Program-made: the position numbers and the translations under genes | Assembly (NCBI GenBank): GCA_029838195.1 | Contig: JALGVJ010000043.1 | Location: 1-29,521, forward strand | Reading direction: 5' to 3' | Origin: Promethearchaeota archaeon | GTDB lineage: Archaea > Asgardarchaeota > Lokiarchaeia > Sigyniarchaeales > SOKP01 | Length of the DNA: 29,521 nt | Notes under the pieces: generated by a model | Database searches by the model: none | What the model was told of the DNA's origin: nothing | Seen by the model: the letters and a program-made list of their open reading frames with translations, nothing else | In this document: piece by piece, positions 1 through 9,827 of the stretch | Layout: each line of letters opens with the position of its first letter | Position numbering within the stretch: the stretch's first letter is position 1

Positions 1-87
1 ACTCTGGAAAATATTCGCATGAGAATATCGCATCGTCTCGGATGTCCCGTGATAGTCTCGCCCGCCTTGTTGGAAAAACTACAATAA
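1..87 (+). CDS. 3' end of an ORF entering from the left (TLENIRMRISHRLGCPVIVSPALLEKLQ*), possibly a transposase tail
   Basis: Open frame 1 ends at TAA 85-87. The stretch is visibly more GC-rich than its neighbours and is followed by an IS-end-like string (98-115; reverse complement TAGAGTATGTTTCATAAA). No diagnostic motif. Confidence 0.3.
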   Translation, partial: TLENIRMRISHRLGCPVIVSPALLEKLQ

Positions 88-361
88 GAAACTAACATTT
101 ATGAAACATACTCTATTTTGAAAAAGAGAAATTAAATAATTGATAAGATATAACCTACATTTTAACTATTTGTATAAATGAAAGTAATTAGGATTCAATT
201 AATGAGGATGTTTAACTATTACAAAATGTTATTAAATAGCTCTAAGAGTAAAGATGATCATTTTAAGATTCAAATTAATTTAAGTAGGGGGAAGTATTTT
301 TAAAAAGATTTCTTTTTATTATAGATAATAATCCTTTCTTATTCTTATTATAGTAATTTAT

Positions 362-1390
362 TTAATGATGATAAAAATAAAACAAAATTTTTGAAAAAAA
401 ATTTAATAGATGAAAAGCTATTGAATTTACATCAATTTCATTAAATATTCCATTCATTTCATAATAGCGATCAAAATAATTATTTTCTTTTTGTTTCTCA
501 GTTATTAAGTTCTTGAGATTTTGAATGAGATATTTATATATCTTAATTCTTTCTTTTAAAAAGTGATTTTTTATGGTAAAAATAATATGTAATGGTTCAA
601 AAAGTAAATGAATGAGTAAAAGCTTCATTTTTTTAGAAGTATGCTGAATTGTCATTATAATTCTATTACGTTCATGAAAATAATATTTAAAAGGGTTTAA
701 TTTATATTCTTCATCTGAACGCAAATGATAAAGATGAATTGAATTATTTATATATTGTTTCATTCCGAACAATGCGGCCCTAATGGAAAAATCAATATCT
801 TCTTTATACATGAAATACGATTCATCGAATCCATTCAATTCTTGAAAGTATTTTTTTTTAATTAAAAACGCACATCCAGATGAGATCATTGTTCTTCTAA
901 TTTTATTGGTTTTTGAAATATCTATATTACTAAAACCGAGAAAATTAATCTTACGGCGAGAATATTCTATTATTCCGTTATAATTGCATATCCGCGGACC
1001 AATTATAATTTTATCGGAGTTATTATATTTAGCTAAGTATTGAAAAGATTGCATTAATTTCTTTAATAAATTTTCATCACCTTCCACATCTGGGTTAGAA
1101 ATTAATACATATTTACTTTTACTTGCTTTAACACCAATATTATTTCCTTTGGCATATCCAGGATTTTCATAAAGTTCTATGAATTTAATTCTTTTTGGAT
1201 TGATGTCTAAAAATTTTAGTTTTTCTAAAATATTAATGCTTCTTTTTTTATTGAAAAAAACTAAAATAATATCATAATTGGTATATTTTTGGTTTGTATA
1301 GGTTTTTAAGCATTTTATAAATTTTTTATTGAAGGAATAATCTGTAAGAATTATAATTGAGATCCTTGGTTCTGAATTAAACTTTTGCAT
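362..1390 (-). CDS. Glycosyltransferase family 2 (GT-A fold, rhamnosyltransferase-like)
   Basis: N-terminal ISIII, NPGYAKGNNIG, NPD (DxD position), SGCAFLI, GFDESYFMYKEDIDFSIR. Confidence 0.9.
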   Translation of the reverse strand: MQKFNSEPRISIIILTDYSFNKKFIKCLKTYTNQKYTNYDIILVFFNKKRSINILEKLKFLDINPKRIKFIELYENPGYAKGNNIGVKASKSKYVLISNPDVEGDENLLKKLMQSFQYLAKYNNSDKIIIGPRICNYNGIIEYSRRKINFLGFSNIDISKTNKIRRTMISSGCAFLIKKKYFQELNGFDESYFMYKEDIDFSIRAALFGMKQYINNSIHLYHLRSDEEYKLNPFKYYFHERNRIIMTIQHTSKKMKLLLIHLLFEPLHIIFTIKNHFLKERIKIYKYLIQNLKNLITEKQKENNYFDRYYEMNGIFNEIDVNSIAFHLLNFFSKILFYFYHH

Positions 1391-1450
1391 GTTTCTAATT
1401 CTAATTTATAATTAATATCAGTTTCACTGAACGTGTTATTTTATTTTAAA

Positions 1451-2706
1451 AAGGCTGTTGATAGATATATAACCATTGATTCATTTAAAAATCTTCCCTC
1501 CCTTTCATGGCATGCTCACGAACATTGCGCATCTCTCCCTCTCCCCGTGCTTGCGCCATGAATGCCACTCCCATCAAGCGGCTCAAGAATGATTGGAAGA
1601 ACACGTGTGGCTGTGTTTTAAAAAACTGGGTTGCGATCTATCCCGGGAGATAGAGAGATCTATATCTGCATATCACTCGCCTTTTCATATAAAAATGGGA
1701 TATGATATCTGCATGATATTCGAAGAAATTCTTCCTTTTGAAGAAATGTTCTAAAAAGTAAAAAATAAAGAGCATAAGGTCTCCTTTCCTGGGGAATAGA
1801 CGGGGGAGCAATTGGCTGAAATAAAAAAATTCATGCCAAAGTCTCATTATCCCGTTATTCGTTTGTTCAAATTATCGGTACCCATCGTGGAACTCGTTTT
1901 TTATGAGATGGGATATGAGGCGCCCGTAAAAACAAGAAATGCTCCGAGAAGGGCCGCTTTTCCGAAATATCACTGCTCGTGATCCAATTGTTAGCTCAGA
2001 CGTTTATTTCTAACTCGTATCGGCAAATACAACGATTACTTGAAAATCAGCTCACCTGTATAAAAGCGGTGGGGTTAAAAAAGTTCCCGATCACACGACG
2101 CTAAGCAAGTTCTGCAAGTCCAAGGGTATTGAGTTTTTCGATAAATTTTTTCACCGTTTAACCGCATTATTAAGGCAATTTAGCATTCGATCGATATTGG
2201 CAACGGTGATTTTGGAAAATGAGCACGTGTCCGTTTTAGAATATCTTGTAACTCCTGCGAATCGTCATGATGTACGTGTCCTCGTACCAAGCCTCCTTTT
2301 CTTAGAAAAAAATGAAATGCTCCCCTTGGTAGAAAACTTCTATGGAGATAATGCCTATTTTACGGGAGAAAATTTGAGGTGGCTAAATTTTCATGAGATC
2401 CGTTGCTGTTTTCATTCTAAAGAAGAGATCGGATAGCATCCGAAAAAAGCATGATGCGAAGAAAAAATCGCGCATTCGTTCCAAAATCGAAGCCTTTTTC
2501 GGAAATTTTCAAGGGAATTATAATTTTGAGCGGACCAAGGTGTGCGGTTTAAAAAACATGAGAATTGAAATGGGGTTAATGGTGAGTGCGTGGAATCGTT
2601 ATTTTTTTTTTCCATGTGGAAGGGCGTTTTGAAGATCTGATCAGTTTAAGAAGATTTTTTCATGAAAATTAATAAAGGAGGATTCTAATAATTATTCTAC
2701 AGCCTT
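1451..2706 (+). mobile_element. Degenerate IS5/IS1182-like insertion sequence
   Basis: Imperfect terminal inverted repeats: AAGGCTGTTGATA at 1451, and TTATTCTACAGCCTT ending at 2706. TTAAA lies on both flanks (1446-1450, 2707-2711). Internal transposase fragments; GC visibly above flanks. Confidence 0.75.
1833..2632 (+). pseudogene. DDE transposase pseudogene (frameshifts and an internal deletion)
   Basis: Manual translation across frames gives MPKSHYPVIRLF..., SYRQIQRLLE, VPDHTTLSKF (DUF772/InsH N-terminal motif), VTPANRHD, YGDNAY (second catalytic D) and RSKIEAFFG (catalytic E). The first catalytic D region is missing. Confidence 0.85.
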
Positions 2707-2773
2707 TTAAATTATATTACATTGCTACTATTTTCTTAGATTATTCGGAAAAATTAAATTATGATTTAGTTGA

Positions 2774-3553
2774 TTAAGTATTTAACACATGAATGCCAAC
2801 AGTTCGTCTTATATTAGGACTAATATACCGATTAGTAAACCTGCTTAATTTAGGAAATAAATAATATTTTATTAGCATGAAAATTATCTTAAAAAAATAA
2901 ATTTTAATACTAATGAAAGAGGAACCATATCGTCTTTTATATAATTTTATATCGATTTCTTTATAATTAAAACGGGGTAATACTTTTATCAACATTTCTT
3001 GAGAGATGGAATATTTTGATTCCAATTCTAAATATTTAACAACTTTAGAACTTAGAGCGCGATATCCATTTGTTGGATCTGATACTTTTTTTCTAAGGAA
3101 AAACCGATAAAAGGCACATATTATTTTAATGCATAACTTTTTTAAAATGGTGTAATCATAATAATATTTAAAACGATTTGCTATAACGAAATCCACTCCA
3201 TCATTTAATATTGGCTCAATAAATTTGGGAATAAATTTAGGGTGATGTTGAAAATCGGCATCTAAAATTATTACGATGTCATAATTTTTTTTTTTACAAA
3301 ATTTTAAACCTGTATTCACAGCAGCACCATATCCTTTATTTTTGTGATGTTTTATTAATATAACACCATAAGATGCTGCTATTTTACTTGTATTATCTGT
3401 AGAACCATCATCAATTACAATAATATCTAAATATTTAGTTATATTATTTGGCATATGGGAAAGGGTTAAAGTTATATTTTTTTCTTCATTGAAAGCGGGC
3501 ATTATTATTCCAATTTTTAATTCAGGATAGAGATATCGATTATCCGAATTCAT
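2774..3553 (-). CDS. GT2 polyprenol/dolichol-phosphate glycosyltransferase (DPM1-like)
   Basis: IIMPAFNEE, VIDDGSTDNT, NKGYGAA, LDADFQH, DPTNGYRA, RRYGSS. Confidence 0.9.
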   Translation of the reverse strand: MNSDNRYLYPELKIGIIMPAFNEEKNITLTLSHMPNNITKYLDIIVIDDGSTDNTSKIAASYGVILIKHHKNKGYGAAVNTGLKFCKKKNYDIVIILDADFQHHPKFIPKFIEPILNDGVDFVIANRFKYYYDYTILKKLCIKIICAFYRFFLRKKVSDPTNGYRALSSKVVKYLELESKYSISQEMLIKVLPRFNYKEIDIKLYKRRYGSSFISIKIYFFKIIFMLIKYYLFPKLSRFTNRYISPNIRRTVGIHVLNT

Positions 3554-3735
3554 ATTCTCTCGGTATAATTATTATTTTCTTGTTAAATTGTTTTAAAAAT
3601 TAGTAAAATAATTGAACGCATTAATCTATTGAACTATTAAAAAATGATAATAAAAAATATTAAAAGAAAAATAAAAACATTATTCTATTTTTAAAGAGAT
3701 TTACCCAACTTTAAATGGTTTAAAATTTAATATTA

Positions 3736-4998
3736 TTAAGATTTAATAAAGAATAATTTGGTTATTTTATTAATAATTTTTTCAATCGTCCACGCGGAAA
3801 AAATAAACATTATGGGTTGAATTGGTACTCTATATCGCGGCAAAACAAATGTAATTGAATAAACTAATGAAAAACTTATTAATGGAATCAATAATGGCAT
3901 TGTAAACTTTATTTTCTTTATATTAAAAATTAAATAAATCAAAAACGAGATTAGAAAAGGAATATAAATAATTACCCTAATAAGAGGAGATTGTTCAGAT
4001 AATACATTAGGAAATCCCCAAAAATCGGTAAATTTTCTTAAGAAGTTAAAAATCGTTTCTGGAATATGGGTAAAAATATAGTTTATTGCTAAATTGAAAT
4101 AAAATTCTTCAATATCACCTTCTTTAGTTAATCCATTATATTCATGATTACTTTCAGATGGAATTCCTGTTCTTGTATATTCCGGATTATTTCCTCTCCA
4201 AAGATTAAATCCATTTGCTTTAATGAAAACAAATCGTCCTTCATATACGATACTACATCGAATTAACCAAGGGAGAATTGTTAAAATAGAAAAAATTATT
4301 GTAATAAATAAAATTTTCAATCTATTAATCATCAATTTATCGATTATTTTCAAAGGAACAGTTTTGAATTGTTCATAAATAATTATTAGAGAAAACCAAA
4401 TTAATAAACAGAATAAAATTGATATGATTACAGGTTCTATTAATAAAGAAAGACCATATAAAATACCCATTAAAATGGCTTTCTTATATGAAGGATTTTC
4501 CTTAAATGAAATTGTAAGATAAATTAGGGAAGGAATAATGAAAGTAGAAATAGTTAATATATGAATTATAGCAACTGAATATATAAAATCAGGATAAAAT
4601 GTAAAAATTATAGTGGATAATTTGGCAATTGAACTGGGAAAAAATTTCTTTGTTAGGAAAAAAATTGGTATGATAGTAATGGCCCCAATAGATGCTTGAA
4701 CTATCTGAATGAAGAGAATCGCAAGGGAATTAACCCTACATATTAAATAAAAAAAAGCAATAAAAAATGAATAAAAAGGTTCTTTAATACAAGTTTTCTG
4801 AATTGGTGTGGATGGATATCGATTTAGAGAATATCCTTTTCCAGAAATTATGTTTAGAGCAATAGCATGACTATCGTATATAATCTGGTCCTGTCCGTAA
4901 ATAAAAATGAATATAATTCTTAAGATAAACGCAATTAAGATGGTAATAATTAAAAATTGCTTTTCAGTAAATTTTATTTTTAAAATGATATTATGCAT
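3736..4998 (-). CDS. Polytopic membrane GT-C glycosyltransferase (ArnT/PMT-like)
   Basis: Many hydrophobic segments; LR...YD..A.NI..GKGYS loop; PWLIR, GFNLWRGNNP, PRYRVPI. Adjacent to a DPM1-like lipid-sugar donor synthase. Confidence 0.75.
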   Translation of the reverse strand: MHNIILKIKFTEKQFLIITILIAFILRIIFIFIYGQDQIIYDSHAIALNIISGKGYSLNRYPSTPIQKTCIKEPFYSFFIAFFYLICRVNSLAILFIQIVQASIGAITIIPIFFLTKKFFPSSIAKLSTIIFTFYPDFIYSVAIIHILTISTFIIPSLIYLTISFKENPSYKKAILMGILYGLSLLIEPVIISILFCLLIWFSLIIIYEQFKTVPLKIIDKLMINRLKILFITIIFSILTILPWLIRCSIVYEGRFVFIKANGFNLWRGNNPEYTRTGIPSESNHEYNGLTKEGDIEEFYFNLAINYIFTHIPETIFNFLRKFTDFWGFPNVLSEQSPLIRVIIYIPFLISFLIYLIFNIKKIKFTMPLLIPLISFSLVYSITFVLPRYRVPIQPIMFIFSAWTIEKIINKITKLFFIKS

Positions 4999-5439
4999 AA
5001 TTTTTCTATTTTATTAATTAAAAAGACTGTTAAATATATTTTTATTCCATTAACTAAAAGAATTTAAATTAAAAAACCATTTCTTTTTCCTAACTCTTCT
5101 ATTCTATGATGGTTTTTTATTTCTCCCTACAGGGATGTTGCTTTAAAATTAATTTAAAATAAGGGGTTGGACCTATAGAATGATTATTTAGGGGATAGAG
5201 TTCAATTTTAATTCAGTTAATTAAGGTTTTTCTAATAATACGATTAGTATTTTGTCTAAAAGTTAATGGGAGATACCTTCTATTTATCATGATGATTAGC
5301 AAGTCTGATATAATATTACTTTTTATTCTTAACAATTTAATACAATATATTTTATTTTCCACTTTTATAGTTAAGATAAGAATAATATTAAAAAACTATT
5401 TTAATTTGAATAACTATTTAATGGGTAGAATATGGAAAC

Positions 5440-6294
5440 ATGAAAAAAATAGATACGATTTCGATGGATTATATTAAGGTGGATAGAAAAAAATCGACTC
5501 GAATAGAGAATGCACCTCCCGACTTGTATGATCCTAATAAACCTCGATTAGGAAGGCGAGAGAGTGAGCCTCATTCTAATGAAGTGAATTATATCTACGA
5601 TGTATTAACGACAAACTTTCCGGAATATAAAACGTTATGGGATTTACACCACTATTTTGTGGGTAAAAAAGGTCCATTAAAAGATAAAGAAATCGACATT
5701 CAATTTGATATTTCCTTTTTTAAAAATCTTGATATTCCCTACACCATATCATCTTACGATGCTTCAAAATACAGCGGAAAGATTCCCGAAATGACTATTA
5801 ACGTGTTATCAAAAAGCACGTGGAGAGCCGATTTAAGTGAAAATGTTGAAATTTGTCGGTACTTGGGAATCCCCGTTCATGTTATTTATGCGCCATACAT
5901 GGTGACCAGTAAGGTATATGCTCCGCCTTTTCTTCGGGTTTTCCTTTTAGAGGAGAAAGGAAATTACAGACAAGAAGAACTGCGTGAGGTTACCCTTAAG
6001 GAAGGAAAACCCTTAGAAGAAAAGAATATCATCGATGTGAGCAAGATACTGCCATTTCGGCTCGGTTTAATGCAATTAAAAAAGAAGCATGAGGGAGATT
6101 TGCCCCTTTATCGCATAATTTTTATAGATCCGCAAGAACCGAGAATTTTTCTTACAAAATTTGAGAAATATAAAATTGAACATGAGAAAAAATTATTAGA
6201 GGCAGAAAAAAAAGCTGCTGAAGCTGAAAAAAAAGCATCTGAATTAAAAGAGAAACTCGAGAAATATAGAAAAAAATTCGGAAAAATTGAATAA
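5440..6294 (+). CDS. Divergent Uma2-like (restriction-endonuclease fold) protein with C-terminal coiled coil
   Basis: ESEPH...FDISF...INVLSKST.RAD...LGIP follows the Uma2 layout; charged tail with EAEKKA repeated. Confidence 0.55.
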   Translation: MKKIDTISMDYIKVDRKKSTRIENAPPDLYDPNKPRLGRRESEPHSNEVNYIYDVLTTNFPEYKTLWDLHHYFVGKKGPLKDKEIDIQFDISFFKNLDIPYTISSYDASKYSGKIPEMTINVLSKSTWRADLSENVEICRYLGIPVHVIYAPYMVTSKVYAPPFLRVFLLEEKGNYRQEELREVTLKEGKPLEEKNIIDVSKILPFRLGLMQLKKKHEGDLPLYRIIFIDPQEPRIFLTKFEKYKIEHEKKLLEAEKKAAEAEKKASELKEKLEKYRKKFGKIE

Positions 6295-6644
6295 AATAAT
6301 TTAAAGGATGATTTATTAGGATTGTTGCTCGTTTTTATTAAGGATTAGTTTATTTAATTTTTCTAAATTAATAGTTAGGAAGGTTTTCTAATAATATCAT
6401 CATGAATATCATTTTTGCTGATATTTTTCCGTTTTTAATATAAAAAGATACAATACAAGCATAAATACTTAAAAATCTCTTAAATTAATTTAAATTCTCT
6501 AATTTTAAGATGGTAATAATTGGTTTCAGATAAGGGAAGAAGAATTTATTTTAAGGCGTTTCACTAAAATTCTTAATTGATCATTTGTTTTAATTCTTAA
6601 TTGAAAGGAATTTAGCAAGCAACACGATAAATAATGAATTAATC

Positions 6645-9600
6645 ATGAACTTAGCGTCGGAAGAAGAGAAAATATTACAATATTGGGATGACATTGCGAT
6701 TCTTGACTTAGTTTTAAATGCCAAGAAGCCTAAAGGGCGATTTCAATTCACGGAAGGCCCTCCTACGGCAAATGGCCTTCCAGGAGTTCATCACGTGTAT
6801 TCTCGTAGCGTGAAGGATATAATTATTCGATTCAAGTTCATGGAAGGTTATTGGGTTACGAGGAAAGCAGGGTGGGATACTCACGGATTGCCCGTTGAAT
6901 TAGAAGTAGAAAAAGAATTAGGAATTAATACTAAAAAAGAGATTTTAAATTACGGAATCAAGAATTTCAATGATAAATGTCGAGAGAGTGTCTTTCGATA
7001 TGTTAAGGAATGGGAAAAATTAACGAAGAGGATGGCATTTTGGCTGGACATGGAGAATCCTTATATTACGTGTGAAAATTATTTCATTGAATCCGTGTGG
7101 TGGTCCTTAAAACAGATGTTTGATAAGGGTGTAATATATAAAGGAAAAAAAGTTGTTCCTTTTTGTCCCCGCTGTGGTACGCCCTTATCATCTCATGAAT
7201 TATCTCTTGGATATGAAAATATATCGGAAGAAACGATATATGTTAAATTTAGACTTTTAGATCCTAAATGGGAAGAGGCAAAAATAGTTGCTTGGACAAC
7301 CACGCCTTGGACTCTCTTAAGTAATATAGCCATAGCGGCCGCTCCCGATAGTCGATATTCCTTGGTTGAGTATAATGGAGAGCGGTTAATAATTGCTACT
7401 TCCTTGTTAGATACCGTTTTGGGAAAGAATAATTATAAAAAAATTAGGGAATTTTTTGGTTCTGATTTGGAATTTGAAAAGTATGAGCCATTATTTCCTT
7501 ATTTTAAACATTTATCAGATAAAAACGGGTTTATAGTGGTAAATGCAGAATTTGTGGATACGGAACCCACTTCTGATAATATTTCAACAGGTTTTGTACA
7601 TATAGCACCGGCTTTTGGTGAGGATGATTATAATGTTAGCAAGGAATATGATTTACCTTTTATTCAACCTATAGACGAGAAAGGATATTTTGATTCTTCC
7701 ATTCCTGAACTTGAAGGAAAGTATTTTAAAGTACTGAGAGAAGAGCAAGGAAAAGAAGGAGTCTGGGATACTGATAAATGGGTTATTGAACAATTAAAAA
7801 AGATGGGAAAATTAATAGATACCCGGGAATTTTCTCACGATTATCCCTTTTGTTGGCGTTGTAAGAGAGCATTATTGTACTACGCTAGAGAGTCATGGTT
7901 TATCGAGATGTCCCGATATAGAGAAGATTTGCTGGAAACTAATGAGAAAGTCAATTGGGTTCCAAAAACAATAGGTACTGGTAGATTTGGAAATTTCTTA
8001 GATAACGTTAGAGATTGGGCCGTTTCTAGAGAGAGATTTTGGGGAACCCCTTTACCCATTTGGACATGTACTAATGAAAAATGTGGTCATGAATTAGCTA
8101 TTGGTTCTTTTGAAGAATTAAAAAATCTCTCAAGAGATCACGTTGTTCTTGAAGATTATCACAAACCCATGATTGATGAGGTAATCATTGAGTGTCCAAA
8201 ATGCCGTGCAGACATGGTAAGAACTCCTGAAGTGATTGATTGTTGGTATGATTCCGGCGCAGCTCCTTTTGCTCAATATCATTACCCTTTTGAGAATAAG
8301 GAATTGGTTGAAAAGGGCGGTGCTTTTCCCATTGATTTCATAGCAGAAGGAATGGATCAAACGAGAGGATGGTTTTACACAATGCATGCCATTGCTACCG
8401 TGTTATTTCATAAAAATGCATTTCACAATTGCGTGGTAAATGGGATTGTTTTAGATGGACAAGGGCGGAAAATGAGCAAGAGCTTAGGAAATACCATTGA
8501 TCCTTGGTCTATTTTTAACATTCAAGGGTCTGATGCTTTAAGGTGGTATTACTACATTGCGGGTCCGCCTCATAAAGAAAAAAGATTGAGCATGGAAAAC
8601 GTGAATTATATTGTCTCGCAATTTATCTTGAAATACTGGAACTCCTTCATGTTATTTTGGCAAAATGCGACCACGCTTGCAATATCACCCACGCTTAAAT
8701 TTAATCCGACAAGATTAAAAGAGCCCTTGGACACGTGGATAATAGCTAAAATAAACTATTTAGCACGAAAAGTAAAGAAGAGTTTAGATGATTACTTGAT
8801 CTATAACGGTGCTGATTTAATTCAAAATTTTGTTATTAATAATTTCAGTAATTGGTATTTACGACTTGTGAGAAAACGATTTTTAGAAAGAGATCAAGAT
8901 GTTTATAACGTGGTTTTCTACGTTTTTGATATTTTAAATAGAATACTTGCTCCTTTCATTCCTTTTTTGACAGAACGGATTTTTTTAAAAATGCAAGAGA
9001 GTTTTGGATACATGCCTGACTTTAAATCGGTGCATTTAACAGAGTTTCCCTCCCATGAAGAAAATTTAATCGACCAAGAGATGTTAGAGGAAATGGATTT
9101 CTTAATAAACTTTACGCAAGAACTAAGGGCATTAAGGGGAATAACAAATATTAAGATAAGGCAACCCATTAAAGAATATTTATTATATTTGGAAGAGGAT
9201 AAACGAAAAATAGTTAATAAACATGCCGATTTAATTAAGAATGAACTGAATGTTAAGAATTTAACTTTCATATCCAAAAAGAAGGCGAATTCTCTCTATA
9301 CTGAAGAATTAATTATTAGTAGTGGAACAATAGGAAGAGACTTCAAAAGAGAGCGTTTAAAAGTCGAAAACGCATTAAAATCAATGAAAATCGAGGATAT
9401 TAAGAAAAATTTCGTGAAAGGTAGACTCATGATTAAAGTGAACAACAAGGAACATGAACTCACTAAGGAACATTTCCAAATAAAGCAAAATGCTATAAAA
9501 CCATATGAAGTAAGCGTACAAAAATACGGAATATTGTTCATTAATACAGAGCTAAGTGAAGATTTATTAAAGGAAGGATTTGCCCGTGAATTAATTCGAC

Positions 9601-9827
9601 ACGTGCAAAACATTCGGAAAAAATTAAACCTTTCTCGGTTTAAAGAGAAAATTGAAATAAACGTGATGAATGATATAGATTTAGAAAACATGTTAGGAGA
9701 ATACTTGGAACTTTTTAAAGAAGAAACGGATTGCGTGAAAATTGGAAAGGGGAAAAAAGGAAAAGAGTTTAATTTTAAAATTCAAGGGAAGCAAATAAAA
9801 ATACGCGTTAATGTATTAAATGCTTAA
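6645..9827 (+). CDS. ileS: Isoleucine--tRNA ligase, type 2 (IleRS2)
   Basis: EGPPTANG, GWDTHGLPVE, WTTTPWTL, DWAVSRERFWGTP, EGMDQTRGWFYT, KMSKS; C-terminal EGFARELIRHVQNIRK typical of IleRS2. Confidence 0.97.
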   Translation: MNLASEEEKILQYWDDIAILDLVLNAKKPKGRFQFTEGPPTANGLPGVHHVYSRSVKDIIIRFKFMEGYWVTRKAGWDTHGLPVELEVEKELGINTKKEILNYGIKNFNDKCRESVFRYVKEWEKLTKRMAFWLDMENPYITCENYFIESVWWSLKQMFDKGVIYKGKKVVPFCPRCGTPLSSHELSLGYENISEETIYVKFRLLDPKWEEAKIVAWTTTPWTLLSNIAIAAAPDSRYSLVEYNGERLIIATSLLDTVLGKNNYKKIREFFGSDLEFEKYEPLFPYFKHLSDKNGFIVVNAEFVDTEPTSDNISTGFVHIAPAFGEDDYNVSKEYDLPFIQPIDEKGYFDSSIPELEGKYFKVLREEQGKEGVWDTDKWVIEQLKKMGKLIDTREFSHDYPFCWRCKRALLYYARESWFIEMSRYREDLLETNEKVNWVPKTIGTGRFGNFLDNVRDWAVSRERFWGTPLPIWTCTNEKCGHELAIGSFEELKNLSRDHVVLEDYHKPMIDEVIIECPKCRADMVRTPEVIDCWYDSGAAPFAQYHYPFENKELVEKGGAFPIDFIAEGMDQTRGWFYTMHAIATVLFHKNAFHNCVVNGIVLDGQGRKMSKSLGNTIDPWSIFNIQGSDALRWYYYIAGPPHKEKRLSMENVNYIVSQFILKYWNSFMLFWQNATTLAISPTLKFNPTRLKEPLDTWIIAKINYLARKVKKSLDDYLIYNGADLIQNFVINNFSNWYLRLVRKRFLERDQDVYNVVFYVFDILNRILAPFIPFLTERIFLKMQESFGYMPDFKSVHLTEFPSHEENLIDQEMLEEMDFLINFTQELRALRGITNIKIRQPIKEYLLYLEEDKRKIVNKHADLIKNELNVKNLTFISKKKANSLYTEELIISSGTIGRDFKRERLKVENALKSMKIEDIKKNFVKGRLMIKVNNKEHELTKEHFQIKQNAIKPYEVSVQKYGILFINTELSEDLLKEGFARELIRHVQNIRKKLNLSRFKEKIEINVMNDIDLENMLGEYLELFKEETDCVKIGKGKKGKEFNFKIQGKQIKIRVNVLNA

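Noticed and set aside
1638-1847. 69-aa minus-strand ORF, whose frame continues past its TAG
   Set aside because: Lies within an IS remnant and overlaps the transposase start; no convincing homology, so not evidence of recoding
5289-5477. 62-aa hydrophobic ORF
   Set aside because: Low-complexity AT-rich translation overlapping the next gene's start and probable promoter
6295-6644. Possible T-box riboswitch ahead of ileS
   Set aside because: No T-box consensus (GGTGG-ACC) or GC-rich terminator/antiterminator stems
8130-9691. Minus-strand ORFs 8130-8387, 8918-9277 and 9296-9691
   Set aside because: Antisense shadows of ileS with no motifs
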